From positions 192,001-256,000 of the forward strand of contig JACPJW010000001.1 in NCBI GenBank assembly GCA_016187335.1: DNA of 64,000 bases. The letters are read 5' to 3'. Source of the stretch: Candidatus Aenigmatarchaeota archaeon. GTDB taxonomy: Archaea > Aenigmatarchaeota > Aenigmatarchaeia > GW2011-AR5. Within the stretch, counting starts at the first letter, position 1. Each line of letters opens with the position of its first letter. Shown piece by piece: positions 29,092 to 40,285 of the stretch. The position numbers and the translations under genes are program-made. The notes under the pieces were generated by a model. That model ran no database searches and had not been told where the DNA came from. It saw only the letters and a program-made list of their open reading frames with translations.

Positions 29092-29286
29092 TCAAATTCT
29101 TAAACGTCGTCTTCTGGGTTTTCTTCTTAGATGTCTTCGCACTATTCTTCCAAGCTTCTTATGTTTTTTGACTTTCACTGGTTTTTTCCATGTAACTTTT
29201 AAGTTACCCTTTGGAATAGGACCTATAGTGCCTACTTCTCCTTCCACTTTTTCAATCCCTTCCAAAACTTTTTTGATTTGTTTCAT
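29092..29286 (-). CDS. Small very basic protein
   Basis: K/R-rich C-terminus. Confidence 0.5.
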   Translation of the reverse strand: MKQIKKVLEGIEKVEGEVGTIGPIPKGNLKVTWKKPVKVKKHKKLGRIVRRHLRRKPRRRRLRI

Positions 29287-29390
29287 TATCTCTGCACCTC
29301 ATTACATTCAGGGCATCTTACGAACTGGTAGCGGGCTTTGAAGTTGCAGTTTTCTGTAATCCTTAAAAAGACCCGATTTATTTCTTATAA

Positions 29391-30686
29391 ATGCAAGAAG
29401 GTATCAAGGTGCTTTTGGGTAAATCTGTTCGAGAGGGAAAGAAAATATATTGGGAGCCCAAAAGGGAGAAAAACCCGCACCTTGTTGTTGTCGGCACTAG
29501 CGGTTCTGGGAAAACCGAAACCTTGCGTTCTATAATCCTTGAACTGAAACGCCAGAACGTCCCGTCCATTATTATCGATTTCCATGCTGAATTTAGGGAT
29601 GTTGCCGATCAGGTAATAAACTTGCGGGACCTTACAATAAATCCACTTGAAATTGAGCTTGGAAGGAGACCTCAAGATGTTGTTTATGAAGTCGCAAACA
29701 TAATGAAAAAGATATTCAGCCTGGGGGACCAGCAGGAAGCCCTTCTCAGACAGGCAATCAGAAGATGCTACGAAGACAATAGAATAAACATACTAAACCC
29801 AGTTTATTCGAACATGAAGGCGCCTCCTTTTATGGACATAAAGGACAAGATAAACGAAATCTATGATGAAAGCGATTCTATTTCAAGAAACACCCTGTTT
29901 TCTCTAACTAATAGAATAGAAGCTCTATTTGAGGTTGACATATTCTTTAAGGAAAATACTATAATACCTTTTGATACTATCATAAGGAAAACCACATCTA
30001 TAGAGCTTAAGGATTTCCCAACCGAGGATATAAAGTCTGTCATAGCCGAATTTTTCCTAAACAAGCTCATCTACTATCTCTACAAGGCTGGGAAATCGGA
30101 TTCAATGCGTCTTCATTGCGTCATAGATGAGGCTCATAGGCTTACATATGAAGGGTCCCCGCTTGACAGGTTGCTGAGAGAATCTAGAAAATATGGCACC
30201 GGCATAATCCTGTCATCTCAGAGACCTAGCGATTTCAGCGAAACCATTCTGGCAAATAGCGGTGGTATAATAAGCCTTCAATGCAGTCTGGAAAAGGATG
30301 CCAAGTTCGTGGCGCGGCAAATGAACCTCGACTTCATAGATGTGAAAAACTTAACCGATGTGGGATCCGGCTTTGTTAAGTTTTCCTCGGACAACGTAAG
30401 CCGAAAGATAAAAATACAACATATAAATGAAAGACTGACAGAAGAAGAAAAATCTGAGATCGAAAGGAAACTCAGGCAGTTCGAAAGGTTGGTAATAAAG
30501 GTCGAGGAAAAGAAAAAAAGAAAAGTGAAACCAAAGAAACGAAGAAAACTAAGGCCAGCCAAAAAAATTCTAAAATCCAAAAAATCTAAAAAGGAAAAAA
30601 CTAAAAGACTGACAATTTGTAGGAATTGTCTTTATGGAAACGAAAAAGACGCCTTATATTGTACGGAATGTGGTGCTAGATTATAA
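29391..30686 (+). CDS. HerA/VirB4-like (DUF87) ATPase with basic tail and C-terminal Zn ribbon
   Basis: GTSGSGKT, IIDFHAE, IDEAH, RESRKYG, SSQRP; CRNC...CTEC. Confidence 0.85.
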   Translation: MQEGIKVLLGKSVREGKKIYWEPKREKNPHLVVVGTSGSGKTETLRSIILELKRQNVPSIIIDFHAEFRDVADQVINLRDLTINPLEIELGRRPQDVVYEVANIMKKIFSLGDQQEALLRQAIRRCYEDNRINILNPVYSNMKAPPFMDIKDKINEIYDESDSISRNTLFSLTNRIEALFEVDIFFKENTIIPFDTIIRKTTSIELKDFPTEDIKSVIAEFFLNKLIYYLYKAGKSDSMRLHCVIDEAHRLTYEGSPLDRLLRESRKYGTGIILSSQRPSDFSETILANSGGIISLQCSLEKDAKFVARQMNLDFIDVKNLTDVGSGFVKFSSDNVSRKIKIQHINERLTEEEKSEIERKLRQFERLVIKVEEKKKRKVKPKKRRKLRPAKKILKSKKSKKEKTKRLTICRNCLYGNEKDALYCTECGARL

Positions 30687-31145
30687 CTTGTTACCACATT
30701 TCTTGCAGAATTTACTGCCTTCTTTATTTCGTATTTTACAGTTTAAACAGATATAATTTTCAATTAAGGATTTTTTCAATTCCTTAAAATCAATAAATCT
30801 TTCCATTTTCTTATCTTCAATTCTTTCAAACTTTTTCTTATGTTTTTTTGAATGATGTATAAGCATCGTTATGTCAGCTAAAGTAATAAAAATAAATATC
30901 ATAAAACTAGCAGTGTAAATCATTTCGTTTGATTTTGTAATAAGATACATAATAAAAAAAGAGCCAAAGGCATATGCTGCTCTTCTGTACTCGCCTAAAT
31001 ATAAATAGCCCGCGCCGATAAAGGAAAAAAATAATTGTAAAATTAACGCTATCCAATATTTTTTGTTAGAAAGCCGAAGTATGTCAGATTTAGGACGGCT
31101 CTTTACAATCTCATGATATTTATCATACAGATATCCTTGTTTCAT
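30681..31145 (-). CDS. TM2-like membrane protein with C-terminal Zn ribbon
   Basis: GAGYLYLG, TM helices, CLNC...CKKC. Confidence 0.75.
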   Translation of the reverse strand: MKQGYLYDKYHEIVKSRPKSDILRLSNKKYWIALILQLFFSFIGAGYLYLGEYRRAAYAFGSFFIMYLITKSNEMIYTASFMIFIFITLADITMLIHHSKKHKKKFERIEDKKMERFIDFKELKKSLIENYICLNCKIRNKEGSKFCKKCGNKL

Positions 31146-31149
31146 TCAC

Positions 31150-31260
31150 TTCCCCATCATCTTCCTGTAGAATTCCAAGATCCTCCGGCAACATCCTGAC
31201 TTCTTTCATGGCCTTGATGCCTTTGACATCGCTTGCTTGAAAAACATGGCAGCGGCCGCA
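31150..31260. repeat. Imperfect direct repeat, copy 2
   Basis: Matches 28949-29056. Confidence 0.9.
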
Positions 31261-31283
31261 GAAATCTTTACATGAATAATGAA

Positions 31284-32234
31284 CTAGTATAGCCCTAGAT
31301 TTTCTTCCATTCCTTTTAGTTCCCTCTTCTTTTCTATCAAATTCATAATATGTATAGGTTCGTAAATTTTTAGCTTATCAGAAAAATGTTTATCTTCTGC
31401 GGAAGCAATATTTAATATCTTTTTTATCGCTTCTTTAGGTACTACAATCCTTGGCAAAGAATTCCATCTATTAAAAGCGAATTTCAACCTCATTACTGCT
31501 CTTTCTATCATTCCGGAAAGTTCAACTTCAAATACGTACGTAGGTACTCCACTAATCTCTCTTTTCCATACAACATCAATATTTTTGTCTTCATGTGAGA
31601 GATTTATAGGATACTCTAATTCGGTATGATAAAACTGAAGCTTACCGATTTCAGCTATAGTGTTTTGCAAATCTCTATGTGATAGAGTTCCTTTAGATGT
31701 AATATGTTCTACAGCAATGTATTTTGGTGAGCTTTCCATTACAGTCATTGGTTGGGAAACTACAGGTTGAATAATAGTTGAGCCTCGAAACAGATCTGTG
31801 GTCTTTGTGCCAAAAGTGCTCTCTGCTAGCTCGAAAAGACGTATTGACTTTTTGATATCGAGTAATTGAAAGCCAACTTGCCAATTAAGTCGAAAGTCTG
31901 AAATATCTATTTTATCAGTTTTCCATTTGTCTCTTGATAAAGTTTTTAAAATTTGGATCCTGAATCTCAGAGGCCATATAACTTCTTTATTCTTTTTCTC
32001 TTCTTCCCAAACAGGGTTTACATTATCTATATACTTGTCTTTTACCCTTCCGATGCCTATAATGCCCTTTACCGGGCTTGTTGCGTAAAACCATATAAAA
32101 TCTCCAACATTCAAAGAAGAAAAGTCTGATTGATACCTCGGCTTCAATCCCCATAAAGGTACAGGATGTGAAAGTGCAGTTTCCCAGTTCTTAATTACTC
32201 CGATAACTAACCAATTATTGAATTCTTTATTCAT
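31284..32234 (-). CDS. EVE-domain protein fused to a putative PD-(D/E)XK nuclease
   Basis: N-terminal WL...NW...LWG...GDFIWFY...GIIGIG...WPLRF; C-terminal IDVVW...FEVE. Confidence 0.75.
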   Translation of the reverse strand: MNKEFNNWLVIGVIKNWETALSHPVPLWGLKPRYQSDFSSLNVGDFIWFYATSPVKGIIGIGRVKDKYIDNVNPVWEEEKKNKEVIWPLRFRIQILKTLSRDKWKTDKIDISDFRLNWQVGFQLLDIKKSIRLFELAESTFGTKTTDLFRGSTIIQPVVSQPMTVMESSPKYIAVEHITSKGTLSHRDLQNTIAEIGKLQFYHTELEYPINLSHEDKNIDVVWKREISGVPTYVFEVELSGMIERAVMRLKFAFNRWNSLPRIVVPKEAIKKILNIASAEDKHFSDKLKIYEPIHIMNLIEKKRELKGMEENLGLY

Positions 32235-32264
32235 GCCATATAAGTTATTTCTAAAGCTTAAAAA

Positions 32265-32495
32265 CTATCTTTGAATTTCATTACATTCAGGACATCTAAA
32301 GAATTTATAACGTGCCTTGAAGCCGCAGGAGAGGCATTTCATTTCTTCTCTGGAAGGTGGTGCGATTTCTATATCCCTTTCTTCCATCATATTTTCTGGT
32401 CTAACCATAAGTTTACTAAATGAGTATTTGCTCATATGCATTTTTTGTCTTTGTTTCCTATTAGCAGCTCTTGATGCTATGCTTTTTCCACCCAT
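32265..32495 (-). CDS. Small Zn-ribbon protein
   Basis: CLSC...CPEC. Confidence 0.6.
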   Translation of the reverse strand: MGGKSIASRAANRKQRQKMHMSKYSFSKLMVRPENMMEERDIEIAPPSREEMKCLSCGFKARYKFFRCPECNEIQR

Positions 32496-32503
32496 AATAA
32501 CAC

Positions 32504-35500
32504 CTATTTACTAAAATTGAAAATACTTTCTCCTTCGCCATAATAATTATCAAATACGTGTTGAAAAGCTATTTCACATTTATTTTGATAATCTTTTTGG
32601 TTATATGAAGATTCTGGAAGTCCTTTATCAAGCTCTATCTCAATCTCTCTTTTGACTTTGGCACGTGTTTGTTGTTTTTTTCTCCAGTCGATTGCAGCCA
32701 GTCCGTCATGTTTTAACTTATATAAAAGTTCTTTAGCTACATTCTTTACTTGATTCTTGTCTTTTTCTGTGAGCTTTGGCTTTTTGAGTTTGTCAAATAG
32801 CGCAAGTTCTTCCTGTGTGAGACCTTCGACTACGGCTCTTCTGTCTTCTTCTTCTAGGTTGTTGCTGAATTTGACGAGTTCTTCAAAGAATCTTTCTTGG
32901 TTGAGTGAGCCTGAATTGTATTCGTCTATGAGTTGTTGGAATCTTTCTTGATAGTCGATTCTCATGCTGTTGAGACGTATCATTTCTTTGAGTTTAAATG
33001 TTAGGATGTTTTTGAGTCTTTCAATATCTGCGTTATTCTTTTTCTTTTCAAATTGTTTTTTCAAGGCTTCAAAGTCTATTTTGCTCAAGTCGATGGTTTT
33101 TGTCTTGGCTGATTCTTTGATGACATAACCTTTGGATGCGATTGATTTGTCAAGAACTAGTTGGATGTCGTGCATTACCGCTGTGATGTTTACTTCTGGG
33201 TCGAGTGAGCATATTTCTTTAATCAAGTCTTGATATAGTGCAATGTCTGTGCTAAATTCTGATGCGTCTTTATGTGGAAGAATTGCGCTGAATGTTTTAA
33301 TGGCGATGTCTGCTTTTTGCAAGAAGTTCTTCTTTATGTTATCATTTATGACGAGAACTGATAGTGCTTCATCAAGGAGTGCGTTCTTTGCAAGACCTTT
33401 GGCTTCTATGATTTTGTCGTGTTTGACTCCTTGGTCTATCAAGAAATTGTTGAGTTCCTTGATGTAGTCTTTCAAAGCTGCTACGAGCTTGTCTTTTGAT
33501 TGGATTGGAAGGTCTATTTGGCCGCCTACTGTTGGTGCAGCATAGATTGCGAGTGCTTTCTTCAAGTTCCTAAATACGTTGATGTAATCGACGATGAATC
33601 CTGCTTGTTTCTCTTTGAAGACTCGGTTTGCTCGTGCGATTGCTTGCATGAGCGTGTGGTTCTTCATTGGTTTGTCAAGGTAGATTGTTGATAGTGATAG
33701 CACGTCAAATCCTGTCATCCACATATTGCAGACAAAGACTATTTTCAACTCACTGTCTGCATCTTTGAAGATGGTTGCAAGGTCTTCATTAACCATTCGT
33801 TTTCGGTGTTTAGAGATTTCAAGGCCTTTTTCTTTGAATTTCTTAACTTCGTTCTGCTCTTGGCTGATGACAACGGCCATGTCAACCTTCTCGAGAGCAG
33901 CAATTTTCTCTCTGAGTGGTTTGACATCTTCGTATTTTGCCTTTTCTGCTTTCTTTTTGAGCTTGCCAACGTATTTTTTCCAATAATATTGAACTTTGTC
34001 ATACATCTTTACTGTAGTGGACTTGTCAATTGACACTATCATGGCCTTTCCTTCGTAACCTCTGTTGATGAAATGGTTGACAATGTCTTCTGCGATTGCA
34101 TTGAGACGGTTTTCTCTTGTGATGATATGATATTCTCTGGCAAATTCCTTTTCAAGTTTCTCTTCTTGCTGTTCATCCAGCTCTGCATTTTCGATGGTGT
34201 TATAGATGTCGTCATTAAGTTCTGGATTGATGAGATGCATTTCTGGAACTCTATTTTCATAGTATAGCGGGACTGTTGCTTTGTCTTCAACACTGGCTCT
34301 GAAATTGTAGATACTGACGTAATCGCCAAAAACTTCTTTTGTTCTTTCTTCTTTACCATAAGGGTCAAGTGGCGTTCCAGTGAATCCCAAGAATGCGGCA
34401 TTTGGTAATGCATTTCGCATATTTAGAGCAAGAATGTCGTATTGTGTTCTGTGAGCTTCATCTGTAATGATAACAATGTCGTCTCTATCCGAGAGCTTCG
34501 GATAGGTCTCTCCTTTTTCAGTTCCGAACTTGTGAATGAGCGTGAAAACAAGTCTGTGGTCTTCTTTCAAAAGCCTCTTCAGATTCTCTCCACTCTCCGC
34601 CTGTACTTTTTCTTCTGTGACAACCCCTGAATTTTGGAAGTTTCTGTAAATCTGTGTATCAAGCTCTTGACGGTCTGTAACAATGACAAAAGTGAAGTTG
34701 CCTTCAAATTTTCTCAAGACTTTTTGAGTGAAGAATATCATGGAATAGCTCTTTCCAGAGCCTTGCGTATGCCAGAAGACACCAAGCCTTCCCTTGTTCT
34801 TCTTCCTGTTTTTGAATGCTTCAATAGCATTGTTGACACCTAAGAATTGGTGGTTCTTAGCAATTATCTTGACTTGTTTGCTTTCGATTGTTGAGAAGAG
34901 AATGAAGTTCTCCAAAAGGTCAATGAGCCTGTTCTTCTCGCAAGTTCCATTGATGATTCTATCCAAAGAAACTATACCTATTTCCTTCTCTGTATCAACT
35001 TTCTTCCATTCAGAGAAGTGCTCGTAGCCACTAGTGATGCTTCCTATCTTTGCCTCTCTGCCGTTGCTGATGATGATGAAAGCATTGTACCAGAAGATCT
35101 GCGGGATAGTATCCTTGTAATCAGTGATATTATCATCAAATGCCCTCTTGACATCCGCACCACGGGCTTTGAGCTCTATCACAACAAGAGGTAGGCCATT
35201 CACGAATAAGATAAGGTCAGGCCTTCTCGTATAGACTTCGCCGGTGACCCAGAATTGTGAGGCAAGGAAGAAATCGTTCTTCTCTGGATTGTTGAAATCA
35301 ATAACTTTAACTGTTCTGTATTCATACCCGCCCTTCTTGTTCTTTGTCTTGATTTTCACACCATCTTTCAAAAGCTTGTGCACTTCATGATTCGCTTTCA
35401 CCAAAGACAGCCTGCTTCTGTCCTGTAACAATTGAGCAAGAACATCCTTCTTCGCATCATCAGACAAGCCATCATTCAATTTTTCAATAGCCTCTGACAA

Positions 35501-35653
35501 TTTCTTGACAAGCACAACATCAGACTTTGTATCCCTCCCCAAGGTCTGCGGGAACTTTTCCTCATAGCAATTTAAATGCTCAATACCCAAATCCTTCACA
35601 AAAACGTCAATAGCGGACTGCTCAACCAAAGCGTCCTCTGAGTACTCGGTCAT
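32504..35653 (-). CDS. hsdR: Type I restriction endonuclease subunit R
   Basis: PDLILFVNGLPLVVIELK, WHTQGSGKS, DEAHR, GFTGTP, QAIARANR. Confidence 0.97.
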   Translation of the reverse strand: MTEYSEDALVEQSAIDVFVKDLGIEHLNCYEEKFPQTLGRDTKSDVVLVKKLSEAIEKLNDGLSDDAKKDVLAQLLQDRSRLSLVKANHEVHKLLKDGVKIKTKNKKGGYEYRTVKVIDFNNPEKNDFFLASQFWVTGEVYTRRPDLILFVNGLPLVVIELKARGADVKRAFDDNITDYKDTIPQIFWYNAFIIISNGREAKIGSITSGYEHFSEWKKVDTEKEIGIVSLDRIINGTCEKNRLIDLLENFILFSTIESKQVKIIAKNHQFLGVNNAIEAFKNRKKNKGRLGVFWHTQGSGKSYSMIFFTQKVLRKFEGNFTFVIVTDRQELDTQIYRNFQNSGVVTEEKVQAESGENLKRLLKEDHRLVFTLIHKFGTEKGETYPKLSDRDDIVIITDEAHRTQYDILALNMRNALPNAAFLGFTGTPLDPYGKEERTKEVFGDYVSIYNFRASVEDKATVPLYYENRVPEMHLINPELNDDIYNTIENAELDEQQEEKLEKEFAREYHIITRENRLNAIAEDIVNHFINRGYEGKAMIVSIDKSTTVKMYDKVQYYWKKYVGKLKKKAEKAKYEDVKPLREKIAALEKVDMAVVISQEQNEVKKFKEKGLEISKHRKRMVNEDLATIFKDADSELKIVFVCNMWMTGFDVLSLSTIYLDKPMKNHTLMQAIARANRVFKEKQAGFIVDYINVFRNLKKALAIYAAPTVGGQIDLPIQSKDKLVAALKDYIKELNNFLIDQGVKHDKIIEAKGLAKNALLDEALSVLVINDNIKKNFLQKADIAIKTFSAILPHKDASEFSTDIALYQDLIKEICSLDPEVNITAVMHDIQLVLDKSIASKGYVIKESAKTKTIDLSKIDFEALKKQFEKKKNNADIERLKNILTFKLKEMIRLNSMRIDYQERFQQLIDEYNSGSLNQERFFEELVKFSNNLEEEDRRAVVEGLTQEELALFDKLKKPKLTEKDKNQVKNVAKELLYKLKHDGLAAIDWRKKQQTRAKVKREIEIELDKGLPESSYNQKDYQNKCEIAFQHVFDNYYGEGESIFNFSK

Positions 35654-36942
35654 GCTCCCACCTCGGACACCTTGATATCAAGCTCAGAAACGTCCAAATC
35701 GCCGGAAATTAATTTAGGAAGAAGAAGGTCACGAGTGGTAGCAAGATTTTGATTCTTCAGTTGAAGATTATCTATATCCTGATACATGCTTGAAACTATT
35801 TGAGAATACACCTCAATCGTTTTCTGATCTGGCATCACAAACTTATATTCACCAATTGGTTCAGATTTTAAATGCAATACATTGACGCCATTTGCAAATT
35901 CTTTTATGGTGATACCAAACGAAGAATAATTCAACAAACCAAAAAGCCAAGATTTGTCGAGCCCGTTCTTTGGGTTCATCTTGACTACATCCATAGAAAT
36001 TATAATTGTGTTCTCTTTCAATTTTGGGATTCTTGCAGCTCTTGCAACAATTTCTCTATTCTGGGTCATGTCTGTGACAGCAAGAACAATATCCCCGCAC
36101 TTCACAATATGCTTCTCCTTGAAGTCACCTTCAAATCTCTTCACGCCGTCATACCGGAATCCACCACCTCTCTCAAAACATTTCAAATTGACAAAAGCGA
36201 TTTTCCCATCATCAACAAGATTTTCACTTTTATAACTCAAACCCTTTTGAATATCAACAATATCGTAGACCCTCTTCACTTCCCATCCTTCTGGTATATC
36301 TCCGAGATCAGACTTAACCATCTTCACTTTCTCATGCCCAGGGAACTTGAACTTCACAAACCACTCATCATAAATGAGCTTTGCCATGGATTCAAGAAGT
36401 TGGATGCGACGAGAATTGTTTTCAAGTAACTCGTAGTAACTTGAAGCAATATTTGCAATCTTTTCTTGGGACGCCCTATTAGGAAATCTAATTTTAATCC
36501 TTCTAAAATCTTTAAGAACAACTCTGGGAATAGCAGCTCCGGTTGTAAACGTGTTTTTCATGTATGATTTTGTTGTATAACAATCTAAATAGAAATATAG
36601 ATATTTTGGACTTATTTTTTTAGGATCTGGTCTTATTATAGCAACTGAGGATAGAAGAACAAAGTGTGGCTTTGTTTTAAGAAAGCAAACTGTGTCTATT
36701 GCAGTAGCGCCATCCTTAGAGATTAATATATCTCCTTTTTCCGGTTGGCAACCTTGTCTAATTAACTTTTTGAAATCATCCTCAGATATTAACCTACAAG
36801 ATGGGATACTAACTCCAAAACTATTTAGGTCTTTTACTGAGGCCATTGGAAATCCTGTTTCAACACTTTTTGGACTAAAATGTGAACCGTCAGTAATTCG
36901 TTCACAAACTTCCTCTAAAGCAGACTCTTCAAACATTTTCAT
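35650..36942 (-). CDS. hsdS: Type I RM specificity subunit
   Basis: Two TRDs with conserved spacers (IPEGWEV; [11 protein letters not shown]). Confidence 0.95.
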   Translation of the reverse strand: MKMFEESALEEVCERITDGSHFSPKSVETGFPMASVKDLNSFGVSIPSCRLISEDDFKKLIRQGCQPEKGDILISKDGATAIDTVCFLKTKPHFVLLSSVAIIRPDPKKISPKYLYFYLDCYTTKSYMKNTFTTGAAIPRVVLKDFRRIKIRFPNRASQEKIANIASSYYELLENNSRRIQLLESMAKLIYDEWFVKFKFPGHEKVKMVKSDLGDIPEGWEVKRVYDIVDIQKGLSYKSENLVDDGKIAFVNLKCFERGGGFRYDGVKRFEGDFKEKHIVKCGDIVLAVTDMTQNREIVARAARIPKLKENTIIISMDVVKMNPKNGLDKSWLFGLLNYSSFGITIKEFANGVNVLHLKSEPIGEYKFVMPDQKTIEVYSQIVSSMYQDIDNLQLKNQNLATTRDLLLPKLISGDLDVSELDIKVSEVGA

Positions 36943-38440
36943 TCTCCAATAATTTATTCACATTCTCCGATATTTGTTCTTCAAGCTTGTGCGCTTCCTC
37001 ATTCAGCTCTTCGAGCTCTTCATTCATCTCTTCGAGTTTTTCTTTAAAATCATAGTCATCTTCTTTCTGTTCGGTCACGCCAACGTATCGTCCAGGATTC
37101 AAAGACCAGCCTTGCTCTTCGATCTCTGCAAAAGATGTAATTTTGCAAAGACCTTGAACATCTTTGTATTTCTTTGCTCCATTTTCTTTGCGATAGCTTC
37201 TTACGATGCCTGCAATTTGGTCTATTTGTTCTGGCGTGAATTCCCTGTGTGCCCTGTCAATCTGCTTGAAAATGTTTCTGGCGTCAATGAAAAGAATCTT
37301 TCCTTTCCTGTCTGTTTTTGCTTTGTTTTTGTCCAAGAACCATAATGTGCACGGCAAAGTCACCGTATAGAAGAAGTTTCCTGAAATCGCAATCATCACA
37401 TCTATTGCGTTCTGCTGAATTAGTTTCTTTCTGATTTCTGCTTCTGCACCGCGGGCATCGGCTGCGGAGTTGGCCATGACAAATCCTGCACGGCCTTTCT
37501 CGTTCAATGCAGAATAAAAAAGCTGAATCCAAAGATAGTTTGCATTGTCTGTCGATGGCAAGCCAAAAGGCCAACGCGCGTCTCCTTTGACTTTTTCATA
37601 ATCAACCCTATCTACGTTGAACGGCGGATTAGCCATGACAAAATCGAACTTACCGACGACTTTATGAACATCTTCATAGTAGGTATTGGCTTCTCTGATG
37701 TCTCCAGACAATCCATGTACTGCAAGGTTCATCTTGCACAATTTGACTGTTCCAGTTACCCGCTCTTGACCGTAGATGGATAATTCTTCTGAGGGATTCT
37801 TCTTTCTCTCTTCAACGAAGTGAGCACTCTGCACAAACATACCTCCTGAACCACATGCTGGGTCAAGAAGCTTTCCGTGGAATGGCTCAATAACTTCAAC
37901 AATTAGTTTGACCAGTGATGTTGGTGTGAAAAACTCACCACCTTTCTGGCCTTCTTTCATAGCAAATTTGCCAAGGAAATACTCGTAGATTTTACCGAAA
38001 GCATCGCCTTCTGTTACTGCAAGCTTATCAGGAGAAAAGGCTTTGAGGAGTGTGACGAGTAAATCATTTGTGAATTTGGAATATCCTCTCGGAAGTGTTC
38101 CTTTTAAATCAGGATTGGCTTCTTCGATGGAATCCATAGCACTGTCAATAGCTTGACCTATATCGCTGCCTTCTGATAAACCCAAGAGATATGAATATCT
38201 GGCTTTCTCTGGTAGATAGAGGACACCTTCTGCCTGATAATCGAGTTTACCAACCTGTCTCCGTGAACCTTGTCTTTTGCCTTCTAACTCTTTTTGTTTC
38301 TTGGTGAACTTGAAATCGGCATGACGGAGGAAAACTAGGCCAAGGACTGGGGTAGAATATTCGGCAGAACTCAATTTGGAGTTGGCTCTTAAATTATCTG
38401 CAATATCCCAAAGCCTTTTTTCTGTTTCGCCGTTAGTCAT
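36929..38440 (-). CDS. hsdM: Type I RM N6-adenine methyltransferase
   Basis: [20 protein letters not shown]. Confidence 0.97.
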   Translation of the reverse strand: MTNGETEKRLWDIADNLRANSKLSSAEYSTPVLGLVFLRHADFKFTKKQKELEGKRQGSRRQVGKLDYQAEGVLYLPEKARYSYLLGLSEGSDIGQAIDSAMDSIEEANPDLKGTLPRGYSKFTNDLLVTLLKAFSPDKLAVTEGDAFGKIYEYFLGKFAMKEGQKGGEFFTPTSLVKLIVEVIEPFHGKLLDPACGSGGMFVQSAHFVEERKKNPSEELSIYGQERVTGTVKLCKMNLAVHGLSGDIREANTYYEDVHKVVGKFDFVMANPPFNVDRVDYEKVKGDARWPFGLPSTDNANYLWIQLFYSALNEKGRAGFVMANSAADARGAEAEIRKKLIQQNAIDVMIAISGNFFYTVTLPCTLWFLDKNKAKTDRKGKILFIDARNIFKQIDRAHREFTPEQIDQIAGIVRSYRKENGAKKYKDVQGLCKITSFAEIEEQGWSLNPGRYVGVTEQKEDDYDFKEKLEEMNEELEELNEEAHKLEEQISENVNKLLENENV

Positions 38441-38452
38441 TTTATCTCCTCG

Positions 38453-39148
38453 CTATATAACGCCTGTTTCTTTCATGCTTGTATAGCCTTTATTTCCAAT
38501 TATTATATGGTCCAAAACTTCTACACTCATCACAGTTCCTAGTTTTCTCATTTGATTTGTTAATTGTATGTCTTCATCGCTTGGGGTTGGGTCTCCAGAG
38601 GGGTGATTATGAATAAATATTACGGCGGCAGCCGATTCAACCAGAGCCTCTTTAAAAATCTCTCTTGGATAAACGGCATTAGAGCTAATGGTTCCTGTGA
38701 AGATACTCTTACATTTCAATAAGTTATGTCTAACATCTAAAAACAATACATAGAAATGCTCCTTTTTTGAGCTCCGGAGCCTTTTCATCAATAATTTCGC
38801 TGCATCAGAGGAGGTTTTGATTTTTTGTATTTTCTTGTTTGAATACGTATCAAACCTTTTCATGAGTTCGAAAACTGAAACTATTTGACACGCTTTAGCG
38901 TCTCCAATACCGTAAATATTTTTTAATTCAGTCACGCCTATTTCTGAGAGTTTACTTAAATCGTATTTAGCGAGAAGCTTATTGGATAATTCCAACACAT
39001 TGTCTTGTTTTGTACCAGTCCTAAGGAGTATTGCTAATAACTCACTGTTATTGAGCGATTGGGGCCCAAATCTAATAAGACGTTCCCTTGGTCTTTCAAA
39101 TTCAGGCATGTCTTTAATCCGTATTTTATAGAACATTTTTCCTTTCAT
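38453..39148 (-). CDS. radC: RadC/JAB-domain protein
   Basis: RPRERL, HNHPSGDPTPSDED, LDHIII. Confidence 0.95.
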   Translation of the reverse strand: MKGKMFYKIRIKDMPEFERPRERLIRFGPQSLNNSELLAILLRTGTKQDNVLELSNKLLAKYDLSKLSEIGVTELKNIYGIGDAKACQIVSVFELMKRFDTYSNKKIQKIKTSSDAAKLLMKRLRSSKKEHFYVLFLDVRHNLLKCKSIFTGTISSNAVYPREIFKEALVESAAAVIFIHNHPSGDPTPSDEDIQLTNQMRKLGTVMSVEVLDHIIIGNKGYTSMKETGVI

Positions 39149-39795
39149 CTATGCACCTTTCTCTCCCTCACATACTCACAAAGCCCGCATTCTTTATTAG
39201 GCTTAGGCTCCTCCCCTTCCAAACACTTAACAGCATCCTTGAAAACTTTTAACGCTTTCTTCGGGTCGGTTTTCACCTTCACAGCATGCACCCTAAACGG
39301 TATTCCTTCGTGGAGTTCGCCAAAATCAGGATAGTAATAAACTATGTAGCCGACGCCGTTGGTCTGGTGCCCGTTCTCGTTCAGCAGCAGCGAGTAGCAG
39401 TCCATCTGAAGTTGGTAGGCATCGTTCATTTCGTTCCCGGACTTTAGGGCAAATCCTTTTGTCTTGTGATCCAGCGGCGCGTGGTCGCCGTCATCAAGAA
39501 CCAAGCATTCATCCAATCTGCCACTCAAAACATTGCCGCCTATTTCTGCTTTGAGTGATTTTGGTAAGAATTCTATCAGTTTGCCGGGAACCTTGCCTTC
39601 CAAGAACGGCGGTATTTTTCCGTGCGGCCTGTAGCGGTTCATGTATTCTTTTATCACGCGGTCAAGGCCGTTCATGATGGTTGCCATCGGTGTGCCGGGA
39701 GTGTCTATGACCTTGTTCATGGACAGCCAGAAGCAGAGCGGGCAGTTGAGGAAGAAGTTCAGGGAGGTGGGGGAGAGTTTGATCATTTTCATCAC
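39145..39795 (-). CDS. Cas4/AddB-like PD-(D/E)XK nuclease
   Basis: CPLC, GRLD, LDHKT, QMDCY, CGLC. Confidence 0.85.
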   Translation of the reverse strand: MMKMIKLSPTSLNFFLNCPLCFWLSMNKVIDTPGTPMATIMNGLDRVIKEYMNRYRPHGKIPPFLEGKVPGKLIEFLPKSLKAEIGGNVLSGRLDECLVLDDGDHAPLDHKTKGFALKSGNEMNDAYQLQMDCYSLLLNENGHQTNGVGYIVYYYPDFGELHEGIPFRVHAVKVKTDPKKALKVFKDAVKCLEGEEPKPNKECGLCEYVRERKVHR

Positions 39796-39804
39796 TTAAC
39801 ATTT

Positions 39805-40257
39805 TTAACTTTCTTTCTTATCAAAAAAGTAATCCCATTTATCTCTATATTTATTTTTTAATTTCCTTAATCTGCTTAATTCTACAACTGTTCTATTCCC
39901 TTTTGGATTTCTGTAAATTATAGATTTTTCGCCAAGTTCTTTATGTTCATTTTCTAACTCGGTGGATGGAACTATATATACTTCTGGTAAACATTTTAGG
40001 TCATTTATTTTATTCAAGAATGAAATAAAAATCAGAAAATGATTTTTGTGTTTTCTATTCCAATTATCTATTGGGAAATTACTCGTACCTCTAAGACCTT
40101 TTACATCTGCTGTTAATGTTTCACCGTTTTTATCAATAACGATATCTATAGATTTTTTATTACCTAATGTAAGATATGCATTTACATTCATTCTATATAA
40201 TATGGAAAGGACATAGTATTCTGATGCTAAGTTTGTATTTTGTCCCGTATCTCCCAT
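39805..40257 (-). CDS. Small PD-(D/E)XK restriction-like nuclease
   Basis: ASEYYV...SIDIV...ADVKG. Confidence 0.75.
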   Translation of the reverse strand: MGDTGQNTNLASEYYVLSILYRMNVNAYLTLGNKKSIDIVIDKNGETLTADVKGLRGTSNFPIDNWNRKHKNHFLIFISFLNKINDLKCLPEVYIVPSTELENEHKELGEKSIIYRNPKGNRTVVELSRLRKLKNKYRDKWDYFFDKKES

Positions 40258-40285
40258 TAAATCACATCTTTCTTAGCTATTAAGC

